Positions 9,858 through 19,051 of a stretch of DNA of 64,000 nucleotides are shown piece by piece. The DNA lies in the NCBI GenBank assembly GCA_021849125.1, contig JAJZTG010000001.1, positions 18,392 to 82,391 on the forward strand. Direction: 5' to 3'. Each line of letters opens with the position of its first letter. Position 1 is the stretch's first letter. This DNA comes from a bacterium. Lineage in GTDB: Bacteria > Patescibacteriota > Minisyncoccia > Phycocordibacterales > Phycocordibacteraceae. A program made the position numbers and the translations under genes. Under the pieces are notes generated by a model, which ran no database searches, was not told the origin of the DNA, and saw nothing but the letters and a program-made list of their open reading frames with translations.

Positions 9858-10352
9858 TTAAAAAAGTCTCAGATAAAGCACGGCGTCGATAAGGAGATGC
9901 GTTAATATCACCATACCTATCGCTCGGAAGAACCTCATGCGCATCCCGCCACATTTTAAAAACACAAGGCAAAGAATCAAACCCCCGACTCCCTGAAGAG
10001 GGATGTTGAGGAGGCCGCCGTGCATATAACCGAAGTGTGCCGATGAAATGAACACCGCAGGAGATATAAAGAAACGCAGTCCGAAGAATATAGGGGCGGT
10101 CAATGGCAAGAATCGCCAGTACAACTCCTCATTCACGATGATGGGGACTACCTGCGAAATGAATTGCTGTGATGACAAGGCCCAGATATCTACAACCCCT
10201 TCTCGTGGTAAATAAACATCAAATGCGCTGTAGACATAAGGGCCGCCAAACAGCAAGATTAGGCTTGCACAACACGCTAAGGCGACGTATCGCAACTCCA
10301 TCCCGAACGTTTCTTCTCTCTCAAGCCACGCATGCAGACGTATGAGTGCCAT
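9858..10352 (-). CDS. CPBP (Abi/CAAX) family intramembrane metalloprotease
   Basis: EELYWR, FGYMH and THLLID motifs in a hydrophobic protein; strong SD AAGGAGG before ATG 10352. Confidence 0.8.
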   Translation of the reverse strand: MALIRLHAWLEREETFGMELRYVALACCASLILLFGGPYVYSAFDVYLPREGVVDIWALSSQQFISQVVPIIVNEELYWRFLPLTAPIFFGLRFFISPAVFISSAHFGYMHGGLLNIPLQGVGGLILCLVFLKCGGMRMRFFRAIGMVILTHLLIDAVLYLRLF

Positions 10353-10480
10353 GATGCACCTCCTTTCCTCTTTGTGTGAGATCATGACGCGTATCAGCGT
10401 CTCTGTATCTTTGGTACCTCCCAAGACCTAGACTGTCAATCTCCAACCAGATGGACTTCTTATTTTGCTACAATCTGCCC

Positions 10481-11149
10481 ATGGAATTCATTCACTCCGA
10501 AGATGGGAAGGACGGGGCGATCGCGATGGGCGACGAGCTCGCCGAGGCACTCAAGAAGGGGAGCGTGACGTGGCTTGTCTGCGGCGGGTCGAGCATCGCG
10601 CTTGCGGTCATTGCCATGCGCCACTTGCGCGAAAAGACGAGTGAAGAGGATCTCGCGCGCCTCACCGTCGGCCTTACCGACGAACGCTACGGCGACGTGG
10701 GGCACAAGGATTCCAACTGGCAGCAGCTTCTGGACGCAGGATTTGATACAGCCGGCGTAGACGTGATTCCGACCCTCATCGGCGCACCTCTTGCAGAGAC
10801 CGTGACGGCCTATGCCGAGAAACTCGATCGAGCGCTCGACGCCGACACGGTTATCGTGCAGTTCGGCATCGGGGCAGACGGTCACATCGCCGGTATCTTG
10901 CCTGGCTCATCGGCTGTGACTGCTGCCGAGCTCGTCGCTGGCTACGAAGCAGGCCCGTATACCCGGATCACCATGACTCCGCCCGCATTCGACCGCGTCG
11001 ATATCGCATACGCCTTCGTCTTTGGCGAATCAAAACGCGAAGCGGTCGAGAAGCTCCGCACGCAGGATCTGTCCATCTCCGATATGCCGAGCCAGCTTCT
11101 GAAACAAATTCCCGCAAAATCTATACATACTGACGTCTATTGCAGATAG
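10481..11149 (+). CDS. 6-phosphogluconolactonase / glucosamine-6-P deaminase family protein
   Basis: CGGSS, TDERYG...DSN, GIGADGHIAGILP, RITMT, FGESK motifs. Confidence 0.85.
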   Translation: MEFIHSEDGKDGAIAMGDELAEALKKGSVTWLVCGGSSIALAVIAMRHLREKTSEEDLARLTVGLTDERYGDVGHKDSNWQQLLDAGFDTAGVDVIPTLIGAPLAETVTAYAEKLDRALDADTVIVQFGIGADGHIAGILPGSSAVTAAELVAGYEAGPYTRITMTPPAFDRVDIAYAFVFGESKREAVEKLRTQDLSISDMPSQLLKQIPAKSIHTDVYCR

Positions 11150-11180
11150 ACTCAAGACAAGTATTATTCACCTGTAATCC

Positions 11181-11837
11181 ATGACGTTCACTCATATCAT
11201 AGAAATCTCTGCAAATATCGCTCAGATCGTACTCGTTATAGGACTCTATGTTGCCTGGAAACAACTTTTTACTGCCATTAACGATATAGACATTCGTTCA
11301 AAACGAGAGGCAGGAACCCTTGCTATCAAAGAGGCTGAACGATTCGCGGAAGAAATTATTCCTCTCTATACAGAGCTCAATAAAAAAATCGGGGGGTTCC
11401 AACCAACTTCCCAAAGACTCGATCGGTTCGTCTTTTCAGAAATAGAACCCGTTAATGTTCAGAAATATAAAAACAGCATAGAACGCTTAGTGAAAGCTCC
11501 CGAGGTATACGAACGACTCGTAACGCTTACTAATAGAATAGACAGTATCGCTATCTATTTTACCAAAGGTATTGCGGACGAAGCGATAGTATTTGAATCA
11601 ATTGGACACGTATATTGCGAGATTATCGAGGAACTCTACTCCTTTTATTGCCACTATCGCAAAAATACTGAAGAGATCTTGCCATACGAAAATACTTTGC
11701 TCCTCTATCGGATATGGAAAGTGAAATTAGAAAATGTTTCATTAGAAGTAAGTAAAAATCTGCTGGAAGAGCGGTCGCGTGCAATAAAAGATTCGGCCAC
11801 GAAAACCCCTCCCGTTAAACCTATAGGAACTCGTTAG
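11181..11837 (+). CDS. AT-rich hypothetical protein with an N-terminal TM helix (DUF4760-like, tentative)
   Basis: 218 aa; NRIDSIAIYFTKGIADE...YENTLLLYRIW; visibly more AT-rich than its neighbours. Confidence 0.6.
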   Translation: MTFTHIIEISANIAQIVLVIGLYVAWKQLFTAINDIDIRSKREAGTLAIKEAERFAEEIIPLYTELNKKIGGFQPTSQRLDRFVFSEIEPVNVQKYKNSIERLVKAPEVYERLVTLTNRIDSIAIYFTKGIADEAIVFESIGHVYCEIIEELYSFYCHYRKNTEEILPYENTLLLYRIWKVKLENVSLEVSKNLLEERSRAIKDSATKTPPVKPIGTR

Positions 11838-11879
11838 GGAAGTTTTGACTCCGCTCGTCATTTCGGGCATTATGGACCT

Positions 11880-12428
11880 ATGAAGGAATGGCACGGAGAC
11901 GATATTGACCCGGAGGACATCGTCCTCGAAGCAGAAAATAACGAACCGCCCAAAGGGGGCGATTGCGAGAAGAAAGTAGAGAAGCTGAAAGCCGAGCTCG
12001 AAGCGACAAAAGCCGAGAGCCGGGAAAATCTCGACGGTTGGCAGCGCGCGAAAGCCGACTACGTAAACCTCCTGAAGCGCTTCGACGACGAGTCGAAAGC
12101 AGCGAAAGAGAAAGGGAAGGTGAAGGCGGTCGAAGCGCTTCTTCCGGCCTTCGATGCGCTTGAGCGCGCGAAGGAACACGGCGAGATTCCAGAAGGGTTT
12201 GCAGCGATCGCGAAGCAACTCGAAAGCGCTTTTGCAGAACTCGGTCTCACGGAGGTCGGTGCAGAGGGGGAGAATTTCGATCCGATGTACCACGAGGCCT
12301 ACGGTCAGGACACGGTCACCTCTCCAGAAAAGGACGGTATGGTGACCGCGATCCTCGAGAAGGGTTGGAAGATAGGCGACGCGGTTGTCCGTCCGGCAAA
12401 GGTGCGTGTGGGCCATTATCAGGCATAG
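11880..12428 (+). CDS. grpE: Nucleotide exchange factor GrpE
   Basis: WQRAKADYVN...FDPMYHEA...KGWKIGDAVVRPAKVRVG. Confidence 0.96.
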   Translation: MKEWHGDDIDPEDIVLEAENNEPPKGGDCEKKVEKLKAELEATKAESRENLDGWQRAKADYVNLLKRFDDESKAAKEKGKVKAVEALLPAFDALERAKEHGEIPEGFAAIAKQLESAFAELGLTEVGAEGENFDPMYHEAYGQDTVTSPEKDGMVTAILEKGWKIGDAVVRPAKVRVGHYQA

Positions 12429-12485
12429 TTGCAGCGCTCCGAGCGATTCCGTAAAATATCAACTGGCTTAACTTTTTTATTACCT

Positions 12486-14384
12486 ATGGCAAAAATTCTT
12501 GGTATCGATTTGGGAACGACTAACTCGGCGATGGCGATCGTCGAAGGCGGCGAGCCGCGCGTTCTTGAGAACGCTGAGGGTGCACGCACGACTCCTTCGA
12601 TCGTCGCGGTCGGCAAGAACGGCGAGCGCATCGTCGGTACGCTTGCGAAGCGCCAGTCGGTGACGAATCCGCTCAACACGATCTACCAGATCAAGCGCTT
12701 CATCGGCCACAGCTTCGATGAGCCGGAAGTCCAGAAGGACAAGGCGGCGGTCCCGTTTGAGATGCGTAAGGCTGACAACGGCGGCATCGAGGTGAAGATG
12801 GGCGAGAACTGGTACCGCCCGGAGAAGGTCTCCGCGATGATCCTCGGCAAGCTCAAGGCCGACGCGGAAGCGAAGCTCGGCGAGAAGATCACCGAGGCGG
12901 TCATCACCGTACCGGCATACTTCAACGACGACCAGCGCAGCGCCACGAAGGCTGCCGGCCAGATCGCCGGTCTCGACGTGAAGCGCATCATCAACGAGCC
13001 GACGGCTGCTGCACTCGCGTACGGTTTCAATAAGAAGAAGGATGAGAAGATCGCGGTCTTCGACTTCGGTGGCGGCACCTTCGATATCTCGATCCTCGAG
13101 GTGGGCGATGACGTCATCGAGGTGAAGTCCACCGATGGCGACGCGCACTTGGGCGGCAAGGATATCGATCAGAAGATCATCACCTGGCTCGCCGGTGAAT
13201 TCAAAAAGGAGAGTGGCATCGATGTGCTCACCGACGCGCTCGCGCGCCAGCGCCTCGACGAGGCAGCCGAGAAGGCAAAGATCGAGCTCTCGAGCGCGAT
13301 GGAAACGGAGGTCAACATCCCGTTCCTCACCTCGGACGCTTCCGGTCCGCGCCACCTCCTCGTGAAGATGACCCGCGCCCAGCTCGAAGACCTCGCAAGC
13401 GAGTATGTGGATCGTGCGCTCGACATCACCAAACGCGCGATGGAAGCCTCACCCTTCAAGGTCGGTGACATCAACGAGGTGATCCTCGTGGGCGGACAGA
13501 CCCGCATGCCAGCAATCCAAGCTGCGGTAGAGAAGTTCTTCGGTAAGAAGCCGAACATGAGCGTAAACCCGGACGAGGTCGTTGCCATGGGTGCCGCGAT
13601 TCAGGCAGGTATCCTTCAGGGCGATGTGAAGGATATCCTCCTCGTCGACGTAATTCCGCTCTCGCTTGCTATCGAAACCATGGGCGGTGTCGCGACGAAG
13701 CTCATCGAACGCAATACCGCGATCCCTACGAGCCGCTCGCAGACTTTCTCGACGGCCGCAGACAACCAGTCGTCGGTCGAGATCCACGTCACTCAGGGCG
13801 AGCGTGCCATGAGCGCCGACAACAAGTCCTTGGGCAAGTTCATGCTCGACGGCATCCCGCCGGCACCGCGTGGCATGCCGCAGGTCGAGGTCACCTTCGA
13901 CGTCGATGCCTCCGGCATCCTCACTGTGAAGGCCAAGGAAAAGACGACTGGCAAGGAGCAGTCGATCCGTATCGAGGGCTCGACTGGCCTCTCGAAGGAA
14001 GACATCGAAAAGATGAAGGCTGACGCAGAAGCGCACTCGGCAGACGACGAGAAGCGCAAAGCGCTCGTCGAGGCACGCAACAATGCCGACCAGGCGATCT
14101 ACGCTTCCGAAAAGGCGATCAAGGATAACGGCGAGAAGGCTGGTGCCGAGGTCGTGAAGGAAGTCGAAGACAAGGTCGCGGCACTGAAGACGGTAAAGGA
14201 TGGTCAGGACCTTGCCGCTATCAAGACTGCCACCGACGAACTCTCGAGCGCGCTCTCGAAGATCGGCGAGGCGATGATGAAGAACGCCCCCGCAGAAGGG
14301 CAGACCCCTCCGGCCGAAGGAGGCGATCAGACTCCGCCGGAAGCCGGTCCTACCGACGCCGAATTCAAAGAAAAACCAGAATAG
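12486..14384 (+). CDS. dnaK: Chaperone DnaK
   Basis: [26 protein letters not shown]. Start ATG 12486. Confidence 0.99.
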   Translation: MAKILGIDLGTTNSAMAIVEGGEPRVLENAEGARTTPSIVAVGKNGERIVGTLAKRQSVTNPLNTIYQIKRFIGHSFDEPEVQKDKAAVPFEMRKADNGGIEVKMGENWYRPEKVSAMILGKLKADAEAKLGEKITEAVITVPAYFNDDQRSATKAAGQIAGLDVKRIINEPTAAALAYGFNKKKDEKIAVFDFGGGTFDISILEVGDDVIEVKSTDGDAHLGGKDIDQKIITWLAGEFKKESGIDVLTDALARQRLDEAAEKAKIELSSAMETEVNIPFLTSDASGPRHLLVKMTRAQLEDLASEYVDRALDITKRAMEASPFKVGDINEVILVGGQTRMPAIQAAVEKFFGKKPNMSVNPDEVVAMGAAIQAGILQGDVKDILLVDVIPLSLAIETMGGVATKLIERNTAIPTSRSQTFSTAADNQSSVEIHVTQGERAMSADNKSLGKFMLDGIPPAPRGMPQVEVTFDVDASGILTVKAKEKTTGKEQSIRIEGSTGLSKEDIEKMKADAEAHSADDEKRKALVEARNNADQAIYASEKAIKDNGEKAGAEVVKEVEDKVAALKTVKDGQDLAAIKTATDELSSALSKIGEAMMKNAPAEGQTPPAEGGDQTPPEAGPTDAEFKEKPE

Positions 14385-14391
14385 ATTCAAA

Positions 14392-14420
14392 CAAAACTCG
14401 CGGAGAAACCGCGAGTTTTG
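14392..14420 (+). terminator. Intrinsic terminator after dnaK
   Basis: caaaactcgcgg-agaaa-ccgcgagttttg. Confidence 0.75.
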
Positions 14421-14511
14421 CTATACGACAAGCATGGTTGCTTCAAGTGGAGTTCATGCTAGTCTGCATGACAGCATCACTCTGTACAATCCAACGAACG
14501 AAGGAGGAGTT

Positions 14512-14724
14512 ATGAACGGACATCAAAGCGAAGAGAGCATGTACCACTTCGAGTACATCTTGGACGGTTCAAAACCCACTGGCCACGTTAGCGCCAAAAA
14601 TGACGAAGAAGCCTACGCCCATATCAAGGCTTTCCTTGAGAAGCACCCCGGGGGCACTTACGTGAAGGGTAGCCTCCTGTGTCTCGGAAAGGCGCGCCCT
14701 GTGGCCGATCCTCCTGGACTCTGA
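14512..14724 (+). CDS. Small hypothetical protein inserted between dnaK and dnaJ
   Basis: 70 aa from an ATG after GAAGGAGGAG; own terminator acggcgcgact..agtcgcgccgttttc. Confidence 0.55.
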   Translation: MNGHQSEESMYHFEYILDGSKPTGHVSAKNDEEAYAHIKAFLEKHPGGTYVKGSLLCLGKARPVADPPGL

Positions 14725-14847
14725 CCAGTCCTGAAACGACACGGCGCGACTCACCAGTCGCGCCGTTTTCCATATAGGAACTCATTGTCTTTTTACAATA
14801 TACATGTCATAATATTTCCAGTTTAATCAGACCTTTGGAGAGTTTAA

Positions 14848-15171
14848 TTGATAGCGAAAAAGAAAATACTGGTCCTGTTGTTGGTTGGTACAGCCCTTCT
14901 CGCTGCAGTATCGGTTGGACATACCTGGCGTGACCACGATCGCGGCATCGCGGCAAAACTACGCGCCAAAGAGTGTGCAGACTCCCGGACCGGTCTTTGC
15001 GTCGGTGGACATGTCTTCAATTACCAAGATTCCAGCTGGAAAAAGATAAGCGTCTGCAACGACCAGTGTGCATCGGATCAAGTTGATATCAGTGAGGTGT
15101 CATCATGGGCAGATTCGTCGCCCTCCGAACTTAAGAACATCAAGATAGTGCGTCCGAGAGAATCTTTATAG
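14848..15171 (+). CDS. Small secreted/membrane-anchored protein containing Cys
   Basis: Signal-like N-terminus KKKILVLLLVG; 4 Cys; terminator aaagcggcc..ggccgcttttc. Confidence 0.55.
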   Translation: MIAKKKILVLLLVGTALLAAVSVGHTWRDHDRGIAAKLRAKECADSRTGLCVGGHVFNYQDSSWKKISVCNDQCASDQVDISEVSSWADSSPSELKNIKIVRPRESL

Positions 15172-15236
15172 TCCCACTCCTCAAAGCGGCCTCGGCCGCT
15201 TTTCATTTTGCATACGAAAAACAGAGAGCGTATAGT

Positions 15237-16316
15237 ATGCTCATGGCGAAAGACTACTACCAGATCCTCGGCGTCGATAAGAAGGCGAGCCAGGACGACA
15301 TCAAGAAGGCGTTCCGTAAGCTCGCACACAAGCACCATCCGGATAAGGGCGGCGATGATGCAACCTTCAAAGAAGTGACCGAAGCCTACGCGATCTTGGG
15401 TGACGAGAAGAAGCGTCGCGAGTACGACACCTACGGGCAGTCCTTCCCGGGTGGCGGTGCAGGTCCGCAAGGCAATCCGTTCGGCGGCTTCGACTTCTCG
15501 CAGTTCCAGCAGGGCTTCGGGCAAGGCGGCGTCCAGTTCGACTTCGGAGATCTCTTCGGTGATATGTTCGGTGGCGGTGCAGCACGCACGCCGCGCGGAC
15601 GCGACATCTCGATCGACCTTGAAATCCCGTTCAAGGATGCCGCCTTCGGTACCGAGCGCACGGTCCTTCTCGCGAAAGTATCTACCTGTGACCTCTGTAT
15701 GGGGAGCGGTGCAAAACCCGGTACCGAACTCGAGACCTGTAAGACTTGTAACGGCAGCGGCCAGGTGCACGAGGTACGAAACTCGATCCTCGGCCAATTC
15801 GCGAGCGTCCGGCCGTGTACCGCCTGCGACGGCAGCGGCAAGATCCCGAAGGAGAAATGTCCGACCTGCAAAGGGCACGGCGTGCTACGTAAGGAAGAGG
15901 AGATCAAGATCTCGATCCCGGCCGGCATCGACAACGGCGAGATGATCCGCATGCCGCGCCAAGGCGAGGCGGTCAAAAACGGCGTAGCCGGTGACCTCTA
16001 CGTAAAGGTGCATGTGAAGCCGCACGCAATCTTCAAGCGTGAAGGCGCGAACCTTGTCATGGACCTGCCAGTGAAGCTCACTGATGCGCTTCTTGGTACC
16101 ACCGTCTCCATCGAAACTTTGGAAGGGAAGACGCTTGAAGTGAAGATCCCGGTCATGAAGCGTGCGGAAGAACTTCTTCGGGTGCGTAGCAAAGGCATCC
16201 CGACAGGTGGCAGCTCTCGCGGCGATCTCATCATCCGCCTTGAGGTAGCGCTCCCGCAGAAGCTCTCAGGCAAGGCCAAAAAGTCTGTTGACGAGTTGAA
16301 AGCGGAGGGTCTCTAG
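15237..16316 (+). CDS. dnaJ: Chaperone DnaJ
   Basis: J-domain HPD, G/F-rich region, four CxxCxGxG repeats. Confidence 0.98.
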   Translation: MLMAKDYYQILGVDKKASQDDIKKAFRKLAHKHHPDKGGDDATFKEVTEAYAILGDEKKRREYDTYGQSFPGGGAGPQGNPFGGFDFSQFQQGFGQGGVQFDFGDLFGDMFGGGAARTPRGRDISIDLEIPFKDAAFGTERTVLLAKVSTCDLCMGSGAKPGTELETCKTCNGSGQVHEVRNSILGQFASVRPCTACDGSGKIPKEKCPTCKGHGVLRKEEEIKISIPAGIDNGEMIRMPRQGEAVKNGVAGDLYVKVHVKPHAIFKREGANLVMDLPVKLTDALLGTTVSIETLEGKTLEVKIPVMKRAEELLRVRSKGIPTGGSSRGDLIIRLEVALPQKLSGKAKKSVDELKAEGL

Positions 16317-16332
16317 GGTGTACAATAGCGAC

Positions 16333-16854
16333 ATGACCGCAGCAGACGGTATCGCCCAGGTAAATACGCTCGCGACCCATACGGCGCTCACTATCTGGAG
16401 CGGAATGAGCGACTTCCTCATCGTCCTCGTGCTCGTCGCTGTCTTCTTCCTCTTTGCCTGGTACGTGGGCAGGGGGCCGTTCGTTGCCGTCCTGCTCGCT
16501 TTTTATGCCGCCTACGCCCTCTACGCCGTTTTCCCGTATATGGCGTACTTGCCGACCGCACCGGCCCTGACTGCGCTTGGCGCCCATATCGGCCTCTATC
16601 TCGCCCTCACGCTCGCGTTCTATATCATCCTCCGGCGCGTGGTCGTCTCTGACTTCCTCTATGTGGGCATCTTCGGTCTCATAGCGCTTTCATTCTTAGG
16701 CGCGGCCTTCCTCCTCGCGCTTGCGTTCCACGTCTTCCCGGTCTCGTCCGTCTACACCTTCACCCCAGCAGTGACACTCCTCTTTGCCCCAGACTCCTAC
16801 TTCTGGTGGTGGTTCGTCGCTCCTGCCATCGGCCTCTTCTTCCTCGCTCGCTAG
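16333..16854 (+). CDS. Multi-pass membrane protein, unknown function
   Basis: About 5 hydrophobic segments; TACAAT 6 nt before the ATG. Confidence 0.75.
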   Translation: MTAADGIAQVNTLATHTALTIWSGMSDFLIVLVLVAVFFLFAWYVGRGPFVAVLLAFYAAYALYAVFPYMAYLPTAPALTALGAHIGLYLALTLAFYIILRRVVVSDFLYVGIFGLIALSFLGAAFLLALAFHVFPVSSVYTFTPAVTLLFAPDSYFWWWFVAPAIGLFFLAR

Positions 16855-16869
16855 TGGTATAGTTTTCCC

Positions 16870-18126
16870 ATGACCCTCGCAGACGAACTCAAAGGACGCG
16901 GGCTCGTAGAGCACGCGTCCGCCGACGTCGAGAAGATTCTCGAGAAGCCGCGGACCGTCTATCTCGGTATCGACCCGACCGCTGACTCGGCACAGGTAGG
17001 CAACCTCGCTGTCCTCCTTCTCATGAAGCGCCTCTCGGACGCAGGCCATAAGCTCGTCTTCCTCGTGGGTGGCGCGACGGGCATGATCGGCGACCCGAAA
17101 GAGAAAGGGGAGCGCTCACTCCTCGACGAAAAGACGCTTGCAAAGAACACGCGCGCTATCAAGACTCAGCTGAAGAGCCTTCTTGGCAACAAGGTGCGCT
17201 TTATGATGGTCGACAACGCTGACTGGCTCACTCGTGTAAAACTCATCCCGTTCCTTCGCGATATCGGCAAGCACTTCACGGTCAATGAGCTCGTGAAGCG
17301 CGAGATCATCAAGAAGCGTCTTGAGACGCCGGATGAGAGCATTTCCTACACCGAATTCACCTACGCGCTTCTCCAGGGTCTCGATTATCTGACGCTCAAC
17401 GAAAAATACGGCGTCGACCTGCAGGTAGGCGGCTCAGATCAGTGGACGAACATCCTCTCGGGTGTCGATCTCGTCCGCAAGAAGAGAGGGCAGGAGGTCT
17501 TCGCGCTTTCGATACCGCTCGTTACTGACGCTTCCGGAAAGAAATTCGGCAAGAGTGAAGGCAATGCCGTCTGGCTCGACCCGAAGAAGACTTCGCCGTT
17601 CCAGTTCTACCAGTTCTGGATCAATCTCCCCGATGACAACCTGGAGACGTATCTCAAAGTCTATACGTTCCTCCCGCTCCCGGAAATCGCGGCGCTCATG
17701 GAACTTCACCGCCGTAATCCAGGCGAGCGCCAGGCTCAGGAGACGCTCGCGCGCCTCGTCACCGAGATCGTCCACGGCCCTGCGGCAGTCGCTCAAGCAG
17801 CAGCAGCTAGCGACGCGCTCTTTGGTCGGATCGCATTTGCCGACCTCTCCCGCGAAGCGCGCGCCGTCGCGCTTGCTGAAGCCCCGTCAGTCACAATTGC
17901 TAAAAAGGATCTCGAGAGCGGCTACTCGCTCGCTGAGGCGCTCGTCACCGGCGGTCTTGCAAGTTCCAAGAATGATGCGCGGCGCCTTATCGAAGGGAAG
18001 GGGGTCTCGCTCTCGGGATTCACGATTGAGAACCCGAATCAGGACCTGCACATGGCCGACCTCCCGGGCGGCTACGCGCTCGTCCGCAAAGGCCGCCAAG
18101 GCGTCCTCATCCTCGTTTTGAAATAA
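16870..18126 (+). CDS. tyrS: Tyrosine--tRNA ligase
   Basis: YLGIDPTADS, QVGGSDQWTNI, KFGKSEG, C-terminal S4-like domain. Confidence 0.97.
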   Translation: MTLADELKGRGLVEHASADVEKILEKPRTVYLGIDPTADSAQVGNLAVLLLMKRLSDAGHKLVFLVGGATGMIGDPKEKGERSLLDEKTLAKNTRAIKTQLKSLLGNKVRFMMVDNADWLTRVKLIPFLRDIGKHFTVNELVKREIIKKRLETPDESISYTEFTYALLQGLDYLTLNEKYGVDLQVGGSDQWTNILSGVDLVRKKRGQEVFALSIPLVTDASGKKFGKSEGNAVWLDPKKTSPFQFYQFWINLPDDNLETYLKVYTFLPLPEIAALMELHRRNPGERQAQETLARLVTEIVHGPAAVAQAAAASDALFGRIAFADLSREARAVALAEAPSVTIAKKDLESGYSLAEALVTGGLASSKNDARRLIEGKGVSLSGFTIENPNQDLHMADLPGGYALVRKGRQGVLILVLK

Positions 18127-18171
18127 AAACAACCGGCGATAGGTTCGCCGGTTGCGTTCTGTTGGACAGGG

Positions 18172-18414
18172 CTAAGGGAGATCTTTGTGTATTTCGTGGA
18201 GCACCTCCTTGGGCATCCGGGCGGTTGCTGCGGCTGCAGCAGACTCCTCCGCGTCGCGTGACAATTGATGCTTCAGGCCTTTAAGGTACCTCAATGCTGC
18301 TTCTTTTCTACGTTGAAACCTCTCGCGCCGTACGACAATACCAATAAGGACCAAAATGCCGGCAATCAATACAACCCACACTACCGGGATGTGGAAGACG
18401 ATTTCGCGGTACAT
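18172..18414 (-). CDS. Small single-TM hypothetical protein
   Basis: MYREIVFHIPVVWVVLIAGILVLIGIVVRR; purine-rich SD upstream; converges on the tyrS hairpin. Confidence 0.5.
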   Translation of the reverse strand: MYREIVFHIPVVWVVLIAGILVLIGIVVRRERFQRRKEAALRYLKGLKHQLSRDAEESAAAAATARMPKEVLHEIHKDLP

Positions 18415-18524
18415 GGTGTGCCTCTCTTTCTGCACTGTTGAATCTGCTGCCAGGATAGCACTTTCCGCCCCACCGGCAATCTGCTACGCTAACCTTGGAC
18501 AACTTAAGTAGAAGGAGTCTGATA

Positions 18525-18713
18525 ATGCCCGAAAAGATTCTCCAAAAGCCCGACGGCACATTCGTACTGCTCGCTGTGCCCAAAGTTGGCATTAACCATG
18601 CCATATCGTGTGCAGAGACACATGCCGCGCATAAAGTACATTACAACGGCACCTGGCCGCAAGGAGTGCCGCCCAAAACGGAGGAATCAAGTATTTGGTC
18701 ACTGTGGCACTAA
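18525..18713 (+). CDS. Small hypothetical protein
   Basis: 62 aa after SD GAAGGAG; terminator cggccccgca..tgcggggccgtttt. Confidence 0.45.
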   Translation: MPEKILQKPDGTFVLLAVPKVGINHAISCAETHAAHKVHYNGTWPQGVPPKTEESSIWSLWH

Positions 18714-18782
18714 TCGACCTCGGCCCCGCAATATGCGGGGCCGTTTTCATTCCTATCTCAAACATGATAATATCCTCTTACT

Positions 18783-18866
18783 GCGTCGGTGGCGGAGTGG
18801 TCAATCGCAACAGACTGTAAATCTGTCGGGCATAGCCCTACGAAGGTTCGAATCCTTCCCGGCGCA
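18783..18866 (+). tRNA. tRNA-Tyr (GTA)
   Basis: Acceptor GCGTCGG/CCGGCGC+A; anticodon arm ACAGA-CTGTAAA-TCTGT; long variable arm; T-arm GAAGG-TTCGAAT-CCTTC. Followed by CAA, not CCA. Confidence 0.97.
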
Positions 18867-18902
18867 CAAACGTACAAAGCCCGAAAGGGCTTTGTACGTT
18901 TG

Positions 18903-19048
18903 TGCGCCGGAGCAGTGCTGGGAGCACTGCGTGAAGGATTCGAAGACCTTGCGAGCATGTTTTGCGATTTCCTGAAGCAAAACATCCGCAAGGTGTACTG
19001 AAGCTGTAAGCTTCGAAAAATGTAATCATGGTCCTTCCCGGCGCACCA
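18903..19048 (+). ncRNA. tRNA-associated structured element (copy 1) with an antisense segment matching tRNA-Tyr and a duplicated tRNA 3' end
   Basis: TGCGCCGG[AGCAGTGCTGGGAGCACTGCGT]GAAGGATTCGAA is the reverse complement of the tRNA 3' 20 nt, split by a hairpin. The scaffold is shared with copy 2. Ends with TCCTTCCCGGCGCACCA. Confidence 0.8.
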
Positions 19049-19051
19049 GCA

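Noticed and set aside
11838-12485. CIRCE heat-shock operator near grpE/dnaK
   Set aside because: No TTAGCACTC-N9-GAGTGCTAA match seen.
18586-19029. Several ORFs overlapping tRNA-Tyr and the element, considered as the element's protein
   Set aside because: They overlap the tRNA, have no recognisable motifs, and the two element copies conserve base pairing rather than a reading frame.
18903-19048. Element as a group I intron, hammerhead ribozyme or second tRNA
   Set aside because: The upstream tRNA is already complete; I could not find a group I core, a CUGANGA/GAAA hammerhead core or a cloverleaf. A covariance-model search is needed to exclude these formally.
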